A stretch of DNA of 49,920 nt from Gemmatimonadota bacterium (GTDB lineage Bacteria; Gemmatimonadota; Gemmatimonadetes; Gemmatimonadales; JACORV01): positions 1-49,920 of the forward strand of contig JACORV010000039.1 in the NCBI GenBank assembly GCA_016179225.1. Direction: 5' to 3'. Positions 1-9,231 of this stretch are shown one piece after another; the stretch's first letter is position 1; each line of letters begins with the position of its first letter. The translations under genes were made by a program, and so were the position numbers. Below the pieces are notes generated by a model. It ran no database searches and was not told the DNA's origin. It saw only the letters and a program-made list of their open reading frames with translations.

Positions 1-356
1 GCGTCCAGCACCGCGCCGAGCAGGGCCTCGTAGGCCGGCCGCGCCCGGGCGGCCTCGCCGGCGGCGGCGATCATCGAGATGCTGCCCATCTTCCGGTCGA
101 AGATGCCGCTCTCCCAGGGCAGCGCGTCGAAGCAGGCGAGACCGCGCAGCACATCGCCCGCCCGCACGCCGTAGACGGCGCACCCCTCTTTGGCGAAGCG
201 TGCCAGGACGTGGGAAACGTGGTACTGCACGATCCGGTCGTTGGAGACGCCGTAGTCGGAGGTGATGGAGAGGTGCGGGTACTGCGCGAGCAGTTGCTCG
301 ATCGCCGCGCGATCCGGAGCGGTGAGCCGGTCTGCCACAAGGGGCCGGTCAGGCAT
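1..356 (-). CDS. CDS running off the window edge (N-terminal ~118 codons present). Possibly a GNAT/WecD-like sugar N-acetyltransferase.
   Basis: I translated the reverse strand from ATG 356-354: MPDRPLVADRLTAPDRAAIEQLLAQYPHLSITSDYGVSNDRIVQYHVSHVLARFAKEGCAVYGVRAGDVLRGLACFDALPWESGIFDRKMGSI... It stays open to position 1 with G/C-rich third positions. The listed 71..340 ORF is a shadow frame. 'LPWESGIF' weakly resembles the WecD N-terminal region. Confidence 0.5.
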   Translation of the reverse strand, partial: MPDRPLVADRLTAPDRAAIEQLLAQYPHLSITSDYGVSNDRIVQYHVSHVLARFAKEGCAVYGVRAGDVLRGLACFDALPWESGIFDRKMGSISMIAAAGEAARARPAYEALLGAVLD

Positions 357-514
357 GGAAGCCTTTCACTGAAGCTGATGGGGACACGGGGTGTTGCGCA
401 CGGTCAACAAGCTTCCCGGCGGTTCGGTTGGCAAGAAGCGCACCTTGACGCCCGGTCGAGCCGCGGTGAAGATAAACCCACCGACATTGTCAATCGTCAA
501 GCTAGGGCCTTTCG

Positions 515-529
515 GGCACGGTACTTGCA
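515..529 (+). promoter_or_regulatory. Candidate sigma-54 (-24/-12) promoter for the operon starting at 606
   Basis: GGCACG(515-520)-gtac-TTGCA(525-529) matches TGGCACG-N4-TTGCW with the correct GG-to-GC spacing. It lies about 77 nt upstream of the GTG at 606, in the divergent intergenic region 357..605. Confidence 0.6.
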
Positions 530-605
530 CCCTCCCCGCCGCGCACGTGGATGACCGGCCCGGGCGATTCCGGGACGCTTCGCAACTTCAACGTCGGATG
601 CACGC

Positions 606-2057
606 GTGACTGAGCCCAGGCCAACCGTGATCGTCCTTGGCGCGGGTCTGGCCGGATTGCGCGCGGCGATCCACCTGCGCGAGAAGGGCTACCAGGTCGA
701 GGTCCTCGAGAAGCTCGGCGAGCCCGGCGGGATGGCCCGGAGCCACGAGAAGAGCGGCTTCATCTTCGATCACGGGCCGCACGGCTTCATGAGCCGCGAC
801 CAGTGGATCAACGAGGAGTTCGAGGAAGTCGTGGCCGGGCAGGGCGGGTGGTATGGCCTCACCAAGTGGTCGCAGATTCACTACCGGCAGCAGTACTTCA
901 ACTTCCCGCTCAAGATGCGGGACATCATCCTCAAGATGGACCCGTTCACCCTGGCGGCGACCTTCGTCGCCTTCGTGTGGGCGCGGCTCCGGGTGATGAT
1001 CACTAAGCGCGCCCCGGCCAACGCCGAAGACTACCTCGTCGACCAGTTCGGGCGCGTCCTCTACAACGAGTTTTTCGGCCCGTACACCAAGAAGGTCTGG
1101 GCGATCGAGCCCCGCGAGCTCGACGCGGACTTCACGCGTGACCGCGTGCCGACGCTGAACCTGTGGGACATCATCCGCCGGATGTTCTCCGACCCCGCCA
1201 AGGACCAGTACCGGATGACGCCGTCGGGCCGGGTGATCACCCACGACCTGCACGCCGGCTACTACCCGAAGCGCGGCGCCCGGGCGCTGCCGATCGGGTA
1301 CTTCGAGAAGGCGAAGCGGCTCGGCGTGACGTTCCGGTTCAAGGTGGAGCTTGACGGGATCGATCTTGAGTCCCGCCGGCTCGCGGCGCGCGAGAACGCT
1401 CAGCCGGTCACGCTGCCCTTCGACCGCGTCGTGAGCACCATCCCGCTGGACGTCCTGGTGCCGCTGCTCGCGCCGCCGGCGCCCGCGGAGATCGGGGAGC
1501 TGGCGCAGGGGCTGCGCTACCGCGGGATCATCCTGGTGAACCTGTGCCTGAGCCGGCCGCAGGTGATACAACCGCACTGGGTCTACTTCACCGACCGGCT
1601 CTTCAACCGGATCTCGGAGTACCGGCACTTCAGCCGCGACCTCGCGCCGCCCGGGAAGACGGGGATCTGTCTCGAGCTGGGCGCGACGGCGAACGACGAG
1701 CTGTGGACCGCGTCGGACGCGGAGATCGTGCGGCACTGCGTACTGGAGCTGGAGGAGCTGGACCTCGTCAAGCCGAGCGAGGTCCTGGACCACCTGGTGA
1801 TCCGCGAGCCGAACGCGTACCCGCTATACGACGTCGGATACCAGGACCGCATCAACCGGCTCGTGACCTGGCTGGAGCAGACGGCGGGCATCGTGACGGC
1901 GGGCCGCCAGGGGCGGTTCCTCTACATCAACCAGGACGCCGCGATCAAATCGGGGTTCGAGGCGGGCGAAGCCGCCGCGCGGCTCGTCGAGACGGGCTCC
2001 GTCGGGGACCGGCCGGTCTGGGGCGACCAGCGACCGCGCCGCAAGATCGTGGTGTGA
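606..2057 (+). CDS. NAD(P)/FAD-dependent oxidoreductase (amine-oxidase / UDP-galactopyranose-mutase-like fold)
   Basis: 483-aa ORF with GTG start. N-terminal Rossmann motif VIVLGAGLAGLRAA...EVLEKLGEPGG. Paralogous to 26791..28299 (shared ...FGP/KTYT-K/EKVW... region). Confidence 0.85.
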   Translation: MTEPRPTVIVLGAGLAGLRAAIHLREKGYQVEVLEKLGEPGGMARSHEKSGFIFDHGPHGFMSRDQWINEEFEEVVAGQGGWYGLTKWSQIHYRQQYFNFPLKMRDIILKMDPFTLAATFVAFVWARLRVMITKRAPANAEDYLVDQFGRVLYNEFFGPYTKKVWAIEPRELDADFTRDRVPTLNLWDIIRRMFSDPAKDQYRMTPSGRVITHDLHAGYYPKRGARALPIGYFEKAKRLGVTFRFKVELDGIDLESRRLAARENAQPVTLPFDRVVSTIPLDVLVPLLAPPAPAEIGELAQGLRYRGIILVNLCLSRPQVIQPHWVYFTDRLFNRISEYRHFSRDLAPPGKTGICLELGATANDELWTASDAEIVRHCVLELEELDLVKPSEVLDHLVIREPNAYPLYDVGYQDRINRLVTWLEQTAGIVTAGRQGRFLYINQDAAIKSGFEAGEAAARLVETGSVGDRPVWGDQRPRRKIVV

Positions 2058-2124
2058 TGCCCTTCGAGCGGTGCCGCGCGAGAGCCCACGCGGGCACCCT
2101 TTCCCTCCAGCAAAGGCACCAGGC

Positions 2125-3375
2125 GTGACGAGGCAGCGGGAGCGGGTGGCGGGCCGGACGCTCGCCATTGAGGGAGGGCAGCCGATCCGGGACACCTACC
2201 TGGTTTTCGGCCGGCCTCTGTTCAGCGAAGAGGAGATCCAGGACGTCGTCGCCGTGCTCCGGTCGGGCTGGCCGGGCATGGGCAAGAAGACCATCGAGTT
2301 CGAGCAGGCCTTCGCCGAGTACTGCGGCGCGCGCCACGCAGTCTCGATCGCGTCGTGCACGGCGGGGTTGCACGTCGCGCTCCTCGCGGCGGGCGTGGGC
2401 AGAGGCGACGAAGTCGTCACGACGGCGATGACGTTTGCCGCGACCATCAACGCCATCCGCCAGACCGGCGCCACGCCCGTGCTGGTGGACATCGACCCAA
2501 ACACCCTGAACCTCACGCCGGAGGCGGTCTCGCACGCCATCACGCCCAAGACCAAGGCCATCCTGCCCGTGCACTTTGGCGGCCTCCCCTGCGACCTGGA
2601 GCGCCTGGGCGAGTTGGCCAGGTCCCACCGGCTCGCCATCATCGAGGACGCCGCCCACGCCGTGGGCGGGGTGTATCACGGCAGGCGGGTCGGAGGGCAC
2701 GGGAACCTCGCGTGCTTCAGCTTCTACCCGAACAAGAACATGACCACGATCGAAGGCGGGATGATCACCACCGACGACGATGGTCTGGTGGAGGAGATGC
2801 GCCTGCTCCGGCTGCACGGGCTCTCCTCCGACGCGTGGAAGCGCTTCGAGAGCAAGGCGTTCATCCCCTCGCGCGTGGTGCGCGACGGGTTCAAGTACAA
2901 CATGACCGACGTGCAGGCCGTGCTCGGGCTGGGCCAGCTCAAGCGGCTCGAGGCGTTCCTGGCGACCCGCGAGCGCTACGCGGCGATCCTCGACGAAGAG
3001 CTGGCGGGCCTCCCGTTCGACCGCCAGCTCCGTCCGCCGCTCGGCGGGACGGACCGGCACGCGCTGCACCTGTACGTGATCCTGCTTCGGCTCGAGGAGC
3101 TGACCGTGGATCGCGATCACATCCTCGCCGCGATCCGCGAGGAGAACATCGGCGTCACGGCCCACTACCTCGCGATCAACGAGCACCCCTACTACCAGCG
3201 GGTCCTGCCGTACCGGCCCGGGGACTTCCCCTTCGCCGAGCGGGTCTCGGCGCGGACGCTGACCCTCCCGATGAGCCCCTCGATGAGCGAGGATGACCTC
3301 TTCGACGTGATCGACGCGGTGCGCAGCGTGCTCGCGCGCTACCGCGTGCCCGCAGCGAGTGCGGCGGCCCGGTGA
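2125..3375 (+). CDS. DegT/DnrJ/EryC1/StrS-family PLP-dependent sugar aminotransferase (WecE-like)
   Basis: The ORF is open from 2071. I prefer GTG 2125, which places LAIEGGQPIR near the N-terminus as is typical for this family. Family hallmarks include FSEEEIQDVVAVLRSGW, VVTTAMTFAAT, IIEDAAHAVG, FSFYPNKNMTT. Confidence 0.85.
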   Translation: MTRQRERVAGRTLAIEGGQPIRDTYLVFGRPLFSEEEIQDVVAVLRSGWPGMGKKTIEFEQAFAEYCGARHAVSIASCTAGLHVALLAAGVGRGDEVVTTAMTFAATINAIRQTGATPVLVDIDPNTLNLTPEAVSHAITPKTKAILPVHFGGLPCDLERLGELARSHRLAIIEDAAHAVGGVYHGRRVGGHGNLACFSFYPNKNMTTIEGGMITTDDDGLVEEMRLLRLHGLSSDAWKRFESKAFIPSRVVRDGFKYNMTDVQAVLGLGQLKRLEAFLATRERYAAILDEELAGLPFDRQLRPPLGGTDRHALHLYVILLRLEELTVDRDHILAAIREENIGVTAHYLAINEHPYYQRVLPYRPGDFPFAERVSARTLTLPMSPSMSEDDLFDVIDAVRSVLARYRVPAASAAAR

Positions 3376-4838
3376 CGGCGAGCCGCGCCTCCGCCGGCGG
3401 CTGGCCGGCGGACGACCGCGTCGTACTCGCGCTGCTCGCGCTGGTCGCGCTCGCGGTGCGCCTGCCAGGCGCCGGGGGCGATCTCTGGCTGGACGAGGTC
3501 GCCACGCTCACTGGATCCGTGAAGCCGCCGCTGGCGGAAATCGTCTCGACCTATCGCACCGCGAACACCCACGTGATGTACTCGGTGCTGGCGCACGTCG
3601 CGATTACGCTCTTCGGCGAGCAGGCGTGGGCGGTGCGGCTGCCGGCGCTGATCTTCGGCGCGGCGACGGTGCCGGCACTCTATTACCTGGCGCGGCTGTG
3701 GCTGCCGCGCCGCGAAGCGCTCGCCGCGGGGCTGATCCTCGCCGTGTCGTACCATCACGCGTACTTCTCCCAGAACGCGCGCGGGTACACCGGACTGCTG
3801 TTCTTCTCCGTGATCTCGACCGCGTGGCTCGCCCAGGCTATGACGACCGGCAAGCGCGGATACTGGATCGGCTACGCGGTGATCACCGCGCTCAACATCT
3901 ACATGCTGCTCAGCGCGGTGTTCGTGTGCGTGTGGCAGTGCGTGGGGGCGGTGCTGGTGTACGTGCTGCCGAGGAGCGCGGCGGGCCGGCGCGGCGAACT
4001 GTTCGGCAGGCTGGTGTTCTGGGTGTTCATCTCGGCGGCGCTCACTGTCGCGCTCTACCTGCCGCTGCTCCAGGACGTGTTCACCTTCTTCACCACCACC
4101 AAGGGCGAAGTCGGCTGGAAGCCTTCGATGGCGCTGGTGAGGGTGATCCTTCGCGACGCGGTGCCCTCTCAGCTGGCCCTCATGGCGGTCGCAGGCGTGC
4201 TGTTCGCGCCTATCGGCATCGCGGGCTTCCTGAGCCTGGTGCGGCGGGCGCCCATCATCTTCTTCGCGCTGGTGCTCCCGCCCACGGCCGAGGTCGCGGT
4301 CGGCCTGGCCATGGGGGCCGGCACCTATCCGCGCCGGTTCCTGTCGGTGCTGCCGTTCGCGATCCTGGTGGCGGTGCGCGGAGTGGCCATGACCGCGGAC
4401 TGGGTGGCGCGGCGGCGCGGCCGGCCCTTGATCGCGGGGCCAGCCTTCGCCCTCTCGGTCGCGGTCGTCGCTCTGGCGGCGGCCATGGGGCTGCCACGGC
4501 TCTGGACCATCCCCAAGCAGGACTACACCGGCGCGCTGGCGTACGTCGCGGCTCACAAGCAGCTGGGGGACGTCGTCGCCGCGGCGTTCGTGACCGACGT
4601 CGCCGCGCAATACTACGACTCGACCGTGGTGTCGGTCCGAACCCGCGGCGCGCTCGAGAACGCCCTCGCCGGGGGGCATACGGTCTGGGTGTTAGGCACC
4701 TTCCTCGGTGAGCTGCGCCGCAAGCGGCCGGCGCTGGAAGCGCTGCTCCGCGAGCGCTTCCTCGAGCAGGCGCGGTTCCGCGGCTTGGTGGGTGCGGGCG
4801 GCATCGTGGTGTGGAAGAGCACGGGCGGCGGGTCGTGA
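3372..4838 (+). CDS. GT-C fold membrane glycosyltransferase (family 39/83, ArnT/PMT-like)
   Basis: 488 aa with many TM helices and an LWLDE acidic motif after the first helix. GTGA start/stop overlap with the aminotransferase (3372-3375). Confidence 0.8.
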   Translation: MTASRASAGGWPADDRVVLALLALVALAVRLPGAGGDLWLDEVATLTGSVKPPLAEIVSTYRTANTHVMYSVLAHVAITLFGEQAWAVRLPALIFGAATVPALYYLARLWLPRREALAAGLILAVSYHHAYFSQNARGYTGLLFFSVISTAWLAQAMTTGKRGYWIGYAVITALNIYMLLSAVFVCVWQCVGAVLVYVLPRSAAGRRGELFGRLVFWVFISAALTVALYLPLLQDVFTFFTTTKGEVGWKPSMALVRVILRDAVPSQLALMAVAGVLFAPIGIAGFLSLVRRAPIIFFALVLPPTAEVAVGLAMGAGTYPRRFLSVLPFAILVAVRGVAMTADWVARRRGRPLIAGPAFALSVAVVALAAAMGLPRLWTIPKQDYTGALAYVAAHKQLGDVVAAAFVTDVAAQYYDSTVVSVRTRGALENALAGGHTVWVLGTFLGELRRKRPALEALLRERFLEQARFRGLVGAGGIVVWKSTGGGS

Positions 4839-5707
4839 AAGGGATAATCCTCGCCGGCGGCGCCGGCACGCGGCTCTTCCCGATCACGCGGTCGGTGAAC
4901 AAGCACCTGCTGCCCGTCTTCAACAAACCGATGGTCTATTACCCGCTGTCCACGCTGATGCTCGCGGACATCCGGGACATCCTCGTCATCTCGACGCCGG
5001 CCGACGTGCCGCGCTTCCAGCAGCTCCTGGGCGACGGGTCGCAGTGGGGCATGACCTTCAGCTACGCGGTGCAACCGGCGCCGGAAGGCATCGCCCAGGC
5101 GTTCCTCATCGGTCGGGAGTTCGTGGGGGCGGACCACGTCGCGCTGATCCTCGGCGACAACATCCTGCATGGCCCCGGGCTCTCGGGCGTGCTGGAGCGA
5201 GCCGCGCACCGCGAGGTCGGGGCGGTCATCTTCGGGTACATCGTGAACAACCCGCAGGACTACGCCGTCGCCGAGCTGGACGAGTCGGGCCGGGTTCTGG
5301 GCCTGGAGGAGAAGCCGGCGCAGCCGAGGTCGCACTGCGCGGTGCCGGGACTCTACTTCTACGACAACCAGGTGCTCGACATCGCGCGCGGGCTGAAGCC
5401 GTCGGCGCGCGGCGAGCTGGAGGTCACGGACGTCAACCTGGAGTACCTCAAGCGCGGCCAGCTCTACCTCGAGCGGATGAGCCGCGGCATGGCGTGGCTC
5501 GACATGGGGACGCACGAGTCGCTCCAGGAGTCGGCGAGCTTCGTGGAGACGATCGAGAAGCGGCAGGGGCTGATGATCGCGTGCCCCGAGGAGATCGCGT
5601 ATCGCCGGGGCTTCATCGACGCGGAGCAGGTCCGGCGGCTCGCGGAGCCGATCAAAAAGAACGGCTATGGCCGCTACCTGTTAGACCTGCTCACGGAGGG
5701 CAAGTGA
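4835..5707 (+). CDS. rfbA: Glucose-1-phosphate thymidylyltransferase
   Basis: [54 protein letters not shown] is canonical RmlA. The ORF is open from 4811, but GTG 4835 gives a GTGA overlap with the upstream stop. Confidence 0.9.
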   Translation: MKGIILAGGAGTRLFPITRSVNKHLLPVFNKPMVYYPLSTLMLADIRDILVISTPADVPRFQQLLGDGSQWGMTFSYAVQPAPEGIAQAFLIGREFVGADHVALILGDNILHGPGLSGVLERAAHREVGAVIFGYIVNNPQDYAVAELDESGRVLGLEEKPAQPRSHCAVPGLYFYDNQVLDIARGLKPSARGELEVTDVNLEYLKRGQLYLERMSRGMAWLDMGTHESLQESASFVETIEKRQGLMIACPEEIAYRRGFIDAEQVRRLAEPIKKNGYGRYLLDLLTEGK

Positions 5708-6729
5708 CGGGGAGCGGCGTCCAGGCCGATATCCCACTGGAGCGAGGGGCGCCCGTCGGCGAAGCGTCCAGTGCTCCGGCGTCCCGGCGCAAGCTGGTCA
5801 GCGCGAGCGACATCGCGTACGTGCTCTATCCGTTGCTGCCCACGCACTGGCTCTTCGCGGCGGCACGGCTGCGCGGGCGGCTGGCGTACCTGATGGGCGG
5901 ACGGGCGCGGCGCGCCGTGTCGGCGAACCTCCGGGCCGCCTTCGGCGAGACGAAGTCCCCCGAAGAGATCGCGACGCTGACGGGCCGGATTTTCGAGCAG
6001 CAGCAGCTCCAGAACCTGCTGGTCACTCTCGCGCCCCGAATGAGCACGCCGACGCTGGAGCGGCTGGTGCCGATCGAGGGTCTCGAGTACCTCGACGCGG
6101 CGCTCGCCCATGGCAGGGGCGCCATGCTGGTCGCGTCGCACCTCAACTCCGCCTCTCAGTTCGCCGCGCTCATCCTCCTCCGGCGAAAGGGGTACGATGT
6201 CGGCCTGGCGATGCCGAACGCCGACGACCCGTGGGAAGAAACACGCCTGCGCCGCGCCCTCGACCGGTGGGTGCGTCGGCCGAGCCTGCGCGAGCAGATC
6301 GACGCGTTCCCGGCCCAGTTCAACGTGCGCCCCATCGCCGCGCGTTTGGCGAGGAACGCGATCGCCGTAACGACCGGGGACGGCCTGCACTCCGCCGCGT
6401 TCGCGCAGGTTGAGTTCCTGGGTCGGAGACTTCCGTTCACCACCGGCCCCTTCAGCGTGGCCCGCTCAACGGGAGCGCCGATCGTCATGATGTTCTCGCC
6501 CGGAATCCCGACGGAGAGTATGCGCGTCATCCTCGAGCCGCCGGTGACGGTATCGCGCACCGATCCGCCGAGGCAGGCCGTGACGGAGCACGTGACGACG
6601 TTCGCCTCGCGGCTCGACCGCCACGTTCGCGCGAGCCCCGCGAGCTGGCAACATTGGCTCACGGACAACCTGTTGGGCACTATGACCACCTGGCGACAGA
6701 CCTCGCTGAGCGATCGCTACCGGACATAG
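5704..6729 (+). CDS. LpxL/HtrB-like (lipid A biosynthesis-type) acyltransferase, copy 1
   Basis: This is the C-terminal 341 codons of the 4708..6729 ORF. GTG 5704 overlaps the rfbA stop (GTGA). Contains [12 protein letters not shown] (HX4-type acyltransferase region). About 45-50% identical by eye to the 8412..9221 product. Confidence 0.75.
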   Translation: MTGSGVQADIPLERGAPVGEASSAPASRRKLVSASDIAYVLYPLLPTHWLFAAARLRGRLAYLMGGRARRAVSANLRAAFGETKSPEEIATLTGRIFEQQQLQNLLVTLAPRMSTPTLERLVPIEGLEYLDAALAHGRGAMLVASHLNSASQFAALILLRRKGYDVGLAMPNADDPWEETRLRRALDRWVRRPSLREQIDAFPAQFNVRPIAARLARNAIAVTTGDGLHSAAFAQVEFLGRRLPFTTGPFSVARSTGAPIVMMFSPGIPTESMRVILEPPVTVSRTDPPRQAVTEHVTTFASRLDRHVRASPASWQHWLTDNLLGTMTTWRQTSLSDRYRT

Positions 6730-6757
6730 AGCCGGCGCCGCGGAAGGAGCGGATGGC

Positions 6758-7903
6758 ATGGATTTCTCGTGGTCCGACGAGCAGCTCGAGCTGTACCGCT
6801 CGATCGCGTCGTTCGCGCAGAAGGAGCTGAACGACCACACGGTCGAGCACGATCACGCCGGGATCTTCCCGCGCGACCTGTGGCGAAAGGCGGCGGAGTT
6901 CGGCATTCTCGGCCTCCCCTTCCCGGAGGAGTACGGGGGGAGTGGGCAGGACATTCTCACGACGCTCTTTGCGCTGGAGGCGCTGGGTTACGGCTGCCGG
7001 GACAACGGCCTGATCTTCGGCCTCAACGCGCAGATGTGGGCCGTCCAGACACCGATCGTCCGCTACGGCAGCGACGCGCAGAAGCAGGCGTACCTCCCCA
7101 AGCTGATCTCCGGCGCCTGGATTGGCGCGCACGGCATGACCGAGCCCGACGCGGGATCGGATGCCTTCGCGCTCTCCACCGCCGCCGTGAAGCGCGGCGA
7201 CCGGTACGTGCTCAACGGCACCAAGATCTTCACCTCCAACGCGCCTACCGCCGACCTCTTCCTGATCTTCGCGACGATGAACAGGAAGCGCGGCTTCATG
7301 GGCATCACCGCGTTCCTGATCGACAAGGGGACGCCGGGGCTCTCCGTGAGCAAGCCGATCGAGAAGATGGGGCTGCGCACCTCGCCCATGGGCGAGGTGG
7401 TGCTCGAGAATTGCGAGGTGGGCCCCGACCAGCGGCTGGGACGGGAAGGGAACGGCGGGACGATCTTCAAGCACTCGATGATGTGGGAGCGGTGCAGCAT
7501 CCTGGCGAGCTATGTGGGGACGATGCAGCGCCAGATCGAGGTGTGCACGAGGTATGCCAAGGAGCGCCGCCAGTTCGACAGCCCGATCGGCGCGTTCCAG
7601 GCGGTGTCCCATCGTATTGTCGATATGAAGGTTAGGCTTGAGTCGGCACGTCTCTTGCTATATCGTGCAGGTTGGCTGCGGGCCCGCGGCGAAGAAGCGG
7701 GAATGGAGGTCGCGATGGCAAAGCTGTACCTGAGCGAGGCCGCGGTGCAGAACGCTCTGGACGCGATCCAGGTCCATGGCGGCTACGGCTACACGACCGA
7801 GTTCGGAATCGAGCGGGAGCTCCGGGACGCGGTCGGCGGCAGGCTGTACTCCGGCACCTCCGAGATCCAGAAAGAGCTCATCGCGGGCGCCCTCGGCCTG
7901 TGA
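6758..7903 (+). CDS. Acyl-CoA (or acyl-ACP) dehydrogenase family flavoprotein
   Basis: 381 aa. GGAAGGAG Shine-Dalgarno upstream of the ATG. Motifs GAHGMTEPDAGSD, YVLNGTKIFTSN, and C-terminal ...GGYGYTTEFGIERELRDA..IYSGTSEIQ. Confidence 0.9.
   Translation: MDFSWSDEQLELYRSIASFAQKELNDHTVEHDHAGIFPRDLWRKAAEFGILGLPFPEEYGGSGQDILTTLFALEALGYGCRDNGLIFGLNAQMWAVQTPIVRYGSDAQKQAYLPKLISGAWIGAHGMTEPDAGSDAFALSTAAVKRGDRYVLNGTKIFTSNAPTADLFLIFATMNRKRGFMGITAFLIDKGTPGLSVSKPIEKMGLRTSPMGEVVLENCEVGPDQRLGREGNGGTIFKHSMMWERCSILASYVGTMQRQIEVCTRYAKERRQFDSPIGAFQAVSHRIVDMKVRLESARLLLYRAGWLRARGEEAGMEVAMAKLYLSEAAVQNALDAIQVHGGYGYTTEFGIERELRDAVGGRLYSGTSEIQKELIAGALGL
7645..7659 (+). promoter_or_regulatory. Candidate internal sigma-54 promoter embedded in the acyl-CoA dehydrogenase CDS
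   Basis: GGCACG-tctc-TTGCT. The 31-nt block 7637..7667 is 27/31 identical to the intergenic promoter block 14825..14855. Local codons are unusually A/T-ending. Confidence 0.5.
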
Positions 7904-7956
7904 CGGGACCGGCCGGGTCAGACTTTCTAACCGCTTTCTGAGAGAAACCGAATCGC

Positions 7957-8199
7957 ATGACCGCCGAGAAGATCAGGACGTTCATCACGCAGATGTCCAT
8001 GGACGCAAGCGGGAGCGCCATCGCCGACGACACGCCGCTGCTGGACTCCGGCGTCATGGATTCGATGGGGGTGCTGGAGCTCGTGACGTTCCTGGAGTCC
8101 GAGTTCGGAGTCAAAGTCCAGGACGAGGAGATCGTTCCCGAGAACTTCGAGACGGTGGTCCGCATCGCCGCGTTCGTCGAATCCAAGAAGCGGGGCTAG
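7957..8199 (+). CDS. Acyl carrier protein (copy A)
   Basis: 80 aa. The phosphopantetheine-site context is LLDSGVMDSMGVLELVTFLE. About 65% identical to the 16182..16442 product. Confidence 0.85.
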   Translation: MTAEKIRTFITQMSMDASGSAIADDTPLLDSGVMDSMGVLELVTFLESEFGVKVQDEEIVPENFETVVRIAAFVESKKRG

Positions 8200-8411
8200 G
8201 CGCGCCCGGTCTGGCCGCCGCCGTAGCGCCGCAGCCGCCCCGGACCTGGCGCGCCGCCCCCAGGGCGGACGCGGCGCCGCGGCGCGCGCTCGCGAGTCTC
8301 GGCGACTTCCTCTACCTGCTCTATCCGCTGCTTCCGCGAAGCTGGATCTTCGCCACGGCCAGGCTCCGGGGCACGCTCCAGGACCTGCTGCGCACGCGGG
8401 CGCGACGCATC

Positions 8412-9221
8412 GTGCGCGCCAACTACGCCACGCTGTTCCCGGACCGGACCGCGGCCGAACTCGACGCGCTGACGCGGCGGTTCCTCCAGAACCAGCAGTC
8501 TCAGAACCTCCTGGTGATGCTCGCGTCGCGGCTCCGGACCGAGGAGCTGGCGCGCCTGGCACCGTTCGAGCGGCTGGACCGCCTCGAGTGGGCGCTGGCG
8601 CAGAAAAAGGGCGTAATCGTGCTCGTCTCGCACATCAACTCAGCGTCGTTCTTCGCCGGGAACGTGTGGCTGCGGCGGTCCGGCTTCGACGTGCGCGTGG
8701 CGATGCCCATCGTGCGCGACCCGTGGGACCGGACGTGGCTCAGGATTCTTGCCGACGGCATCGCCGGCATCGCGCCGATCAAGGACCAGCTGGGGTGCTT
8801 CTACTGCCAGTTCAACTTGCGGCCCATCGTCGAGCGCCTGAAGGAAGGCGCCGCGGTGGCCCTCACCGGCGACGGCTGGCATTCGGCCGGCTTCGTCGAG
8901 GTCGAGTTCCTGGGCCGCAAGGTGCCGTTCACCACCGGGGCGCTCTCTATCGCCCGGTCGAGCGGTGCGGTCGTGGTGCCGGTGTTCGCCACCGGGGCGC
9001 CGCCCGACCGCCTGCGGTTCGTGTTAGAGGAGCCGTTCACCGTCTCGCGTGAGGGGCCCTCCAAGCGCGCCGTGCAGGCGGCGGCGACGGCGTACGCCTT
9101 GCGCGTCGAGCACCACCTCTTGCGGAATCCGGCGTCGTGGCAACACTTGCTGGAGGAGGATGTGTTTGAAACGATGGCGACCTGGCAGCAGCGGACCCTG
9201 ACGGAGCGGTACGACCTGTAG
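8412..9221 (+). CDS. LpxL/HtrB-like acyltransferase, copy 2 (start uncertain)
   Basis: In-frame homology to copy 1 already begins near 8290 (DFLYLLYPLLPRSWIFATARLRG). However, no ATG/GTG/TTG exists in frame between the ACP stop (8199) and GTG 8412. Contains VLVSHINSASF. Confidence 0.7.
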   Translation: MRANYATLFPDRTAAELDALTRRFLQNQQSQNLLVMLASRLRTEELARLAPFERLDRLEWALAQKKGVIVLVSHINSASFFAGNVWLRRSGFDVRVAMPIVRDPWDRTWLRILADGIAGIAPIKDQLGCFYCQFNLRPIVERLKEGAAVALTGDGWHSAGFVEVEFLGRKVPFTTGALSIARSSGAVVVPVFATGAPPDRLRFVLEEPFTVSREGPSKRAVQAAATAYALRVEHHLLRNPASWQHLLEEDVFETMATWQQRTLTERYDL

Positions 9222-9231
9222 CGGGGACCGG

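Noticed and set aside
588-4679. Long antisense or alternate-frame ORFs (e.g. 588..1793 -, 1945..3186 -, 3339..4679 -, 3359..4711 +), and many similar ones throughout the track
   Set aside because: Their translations are Arg/Pro/Gly/Ala-rich low-complexity strings with no recognisable motifs. They fully overlap ORFs with clear family signatures. Such shadow ORFs are expected at about 70% GC because stop codons are rare.
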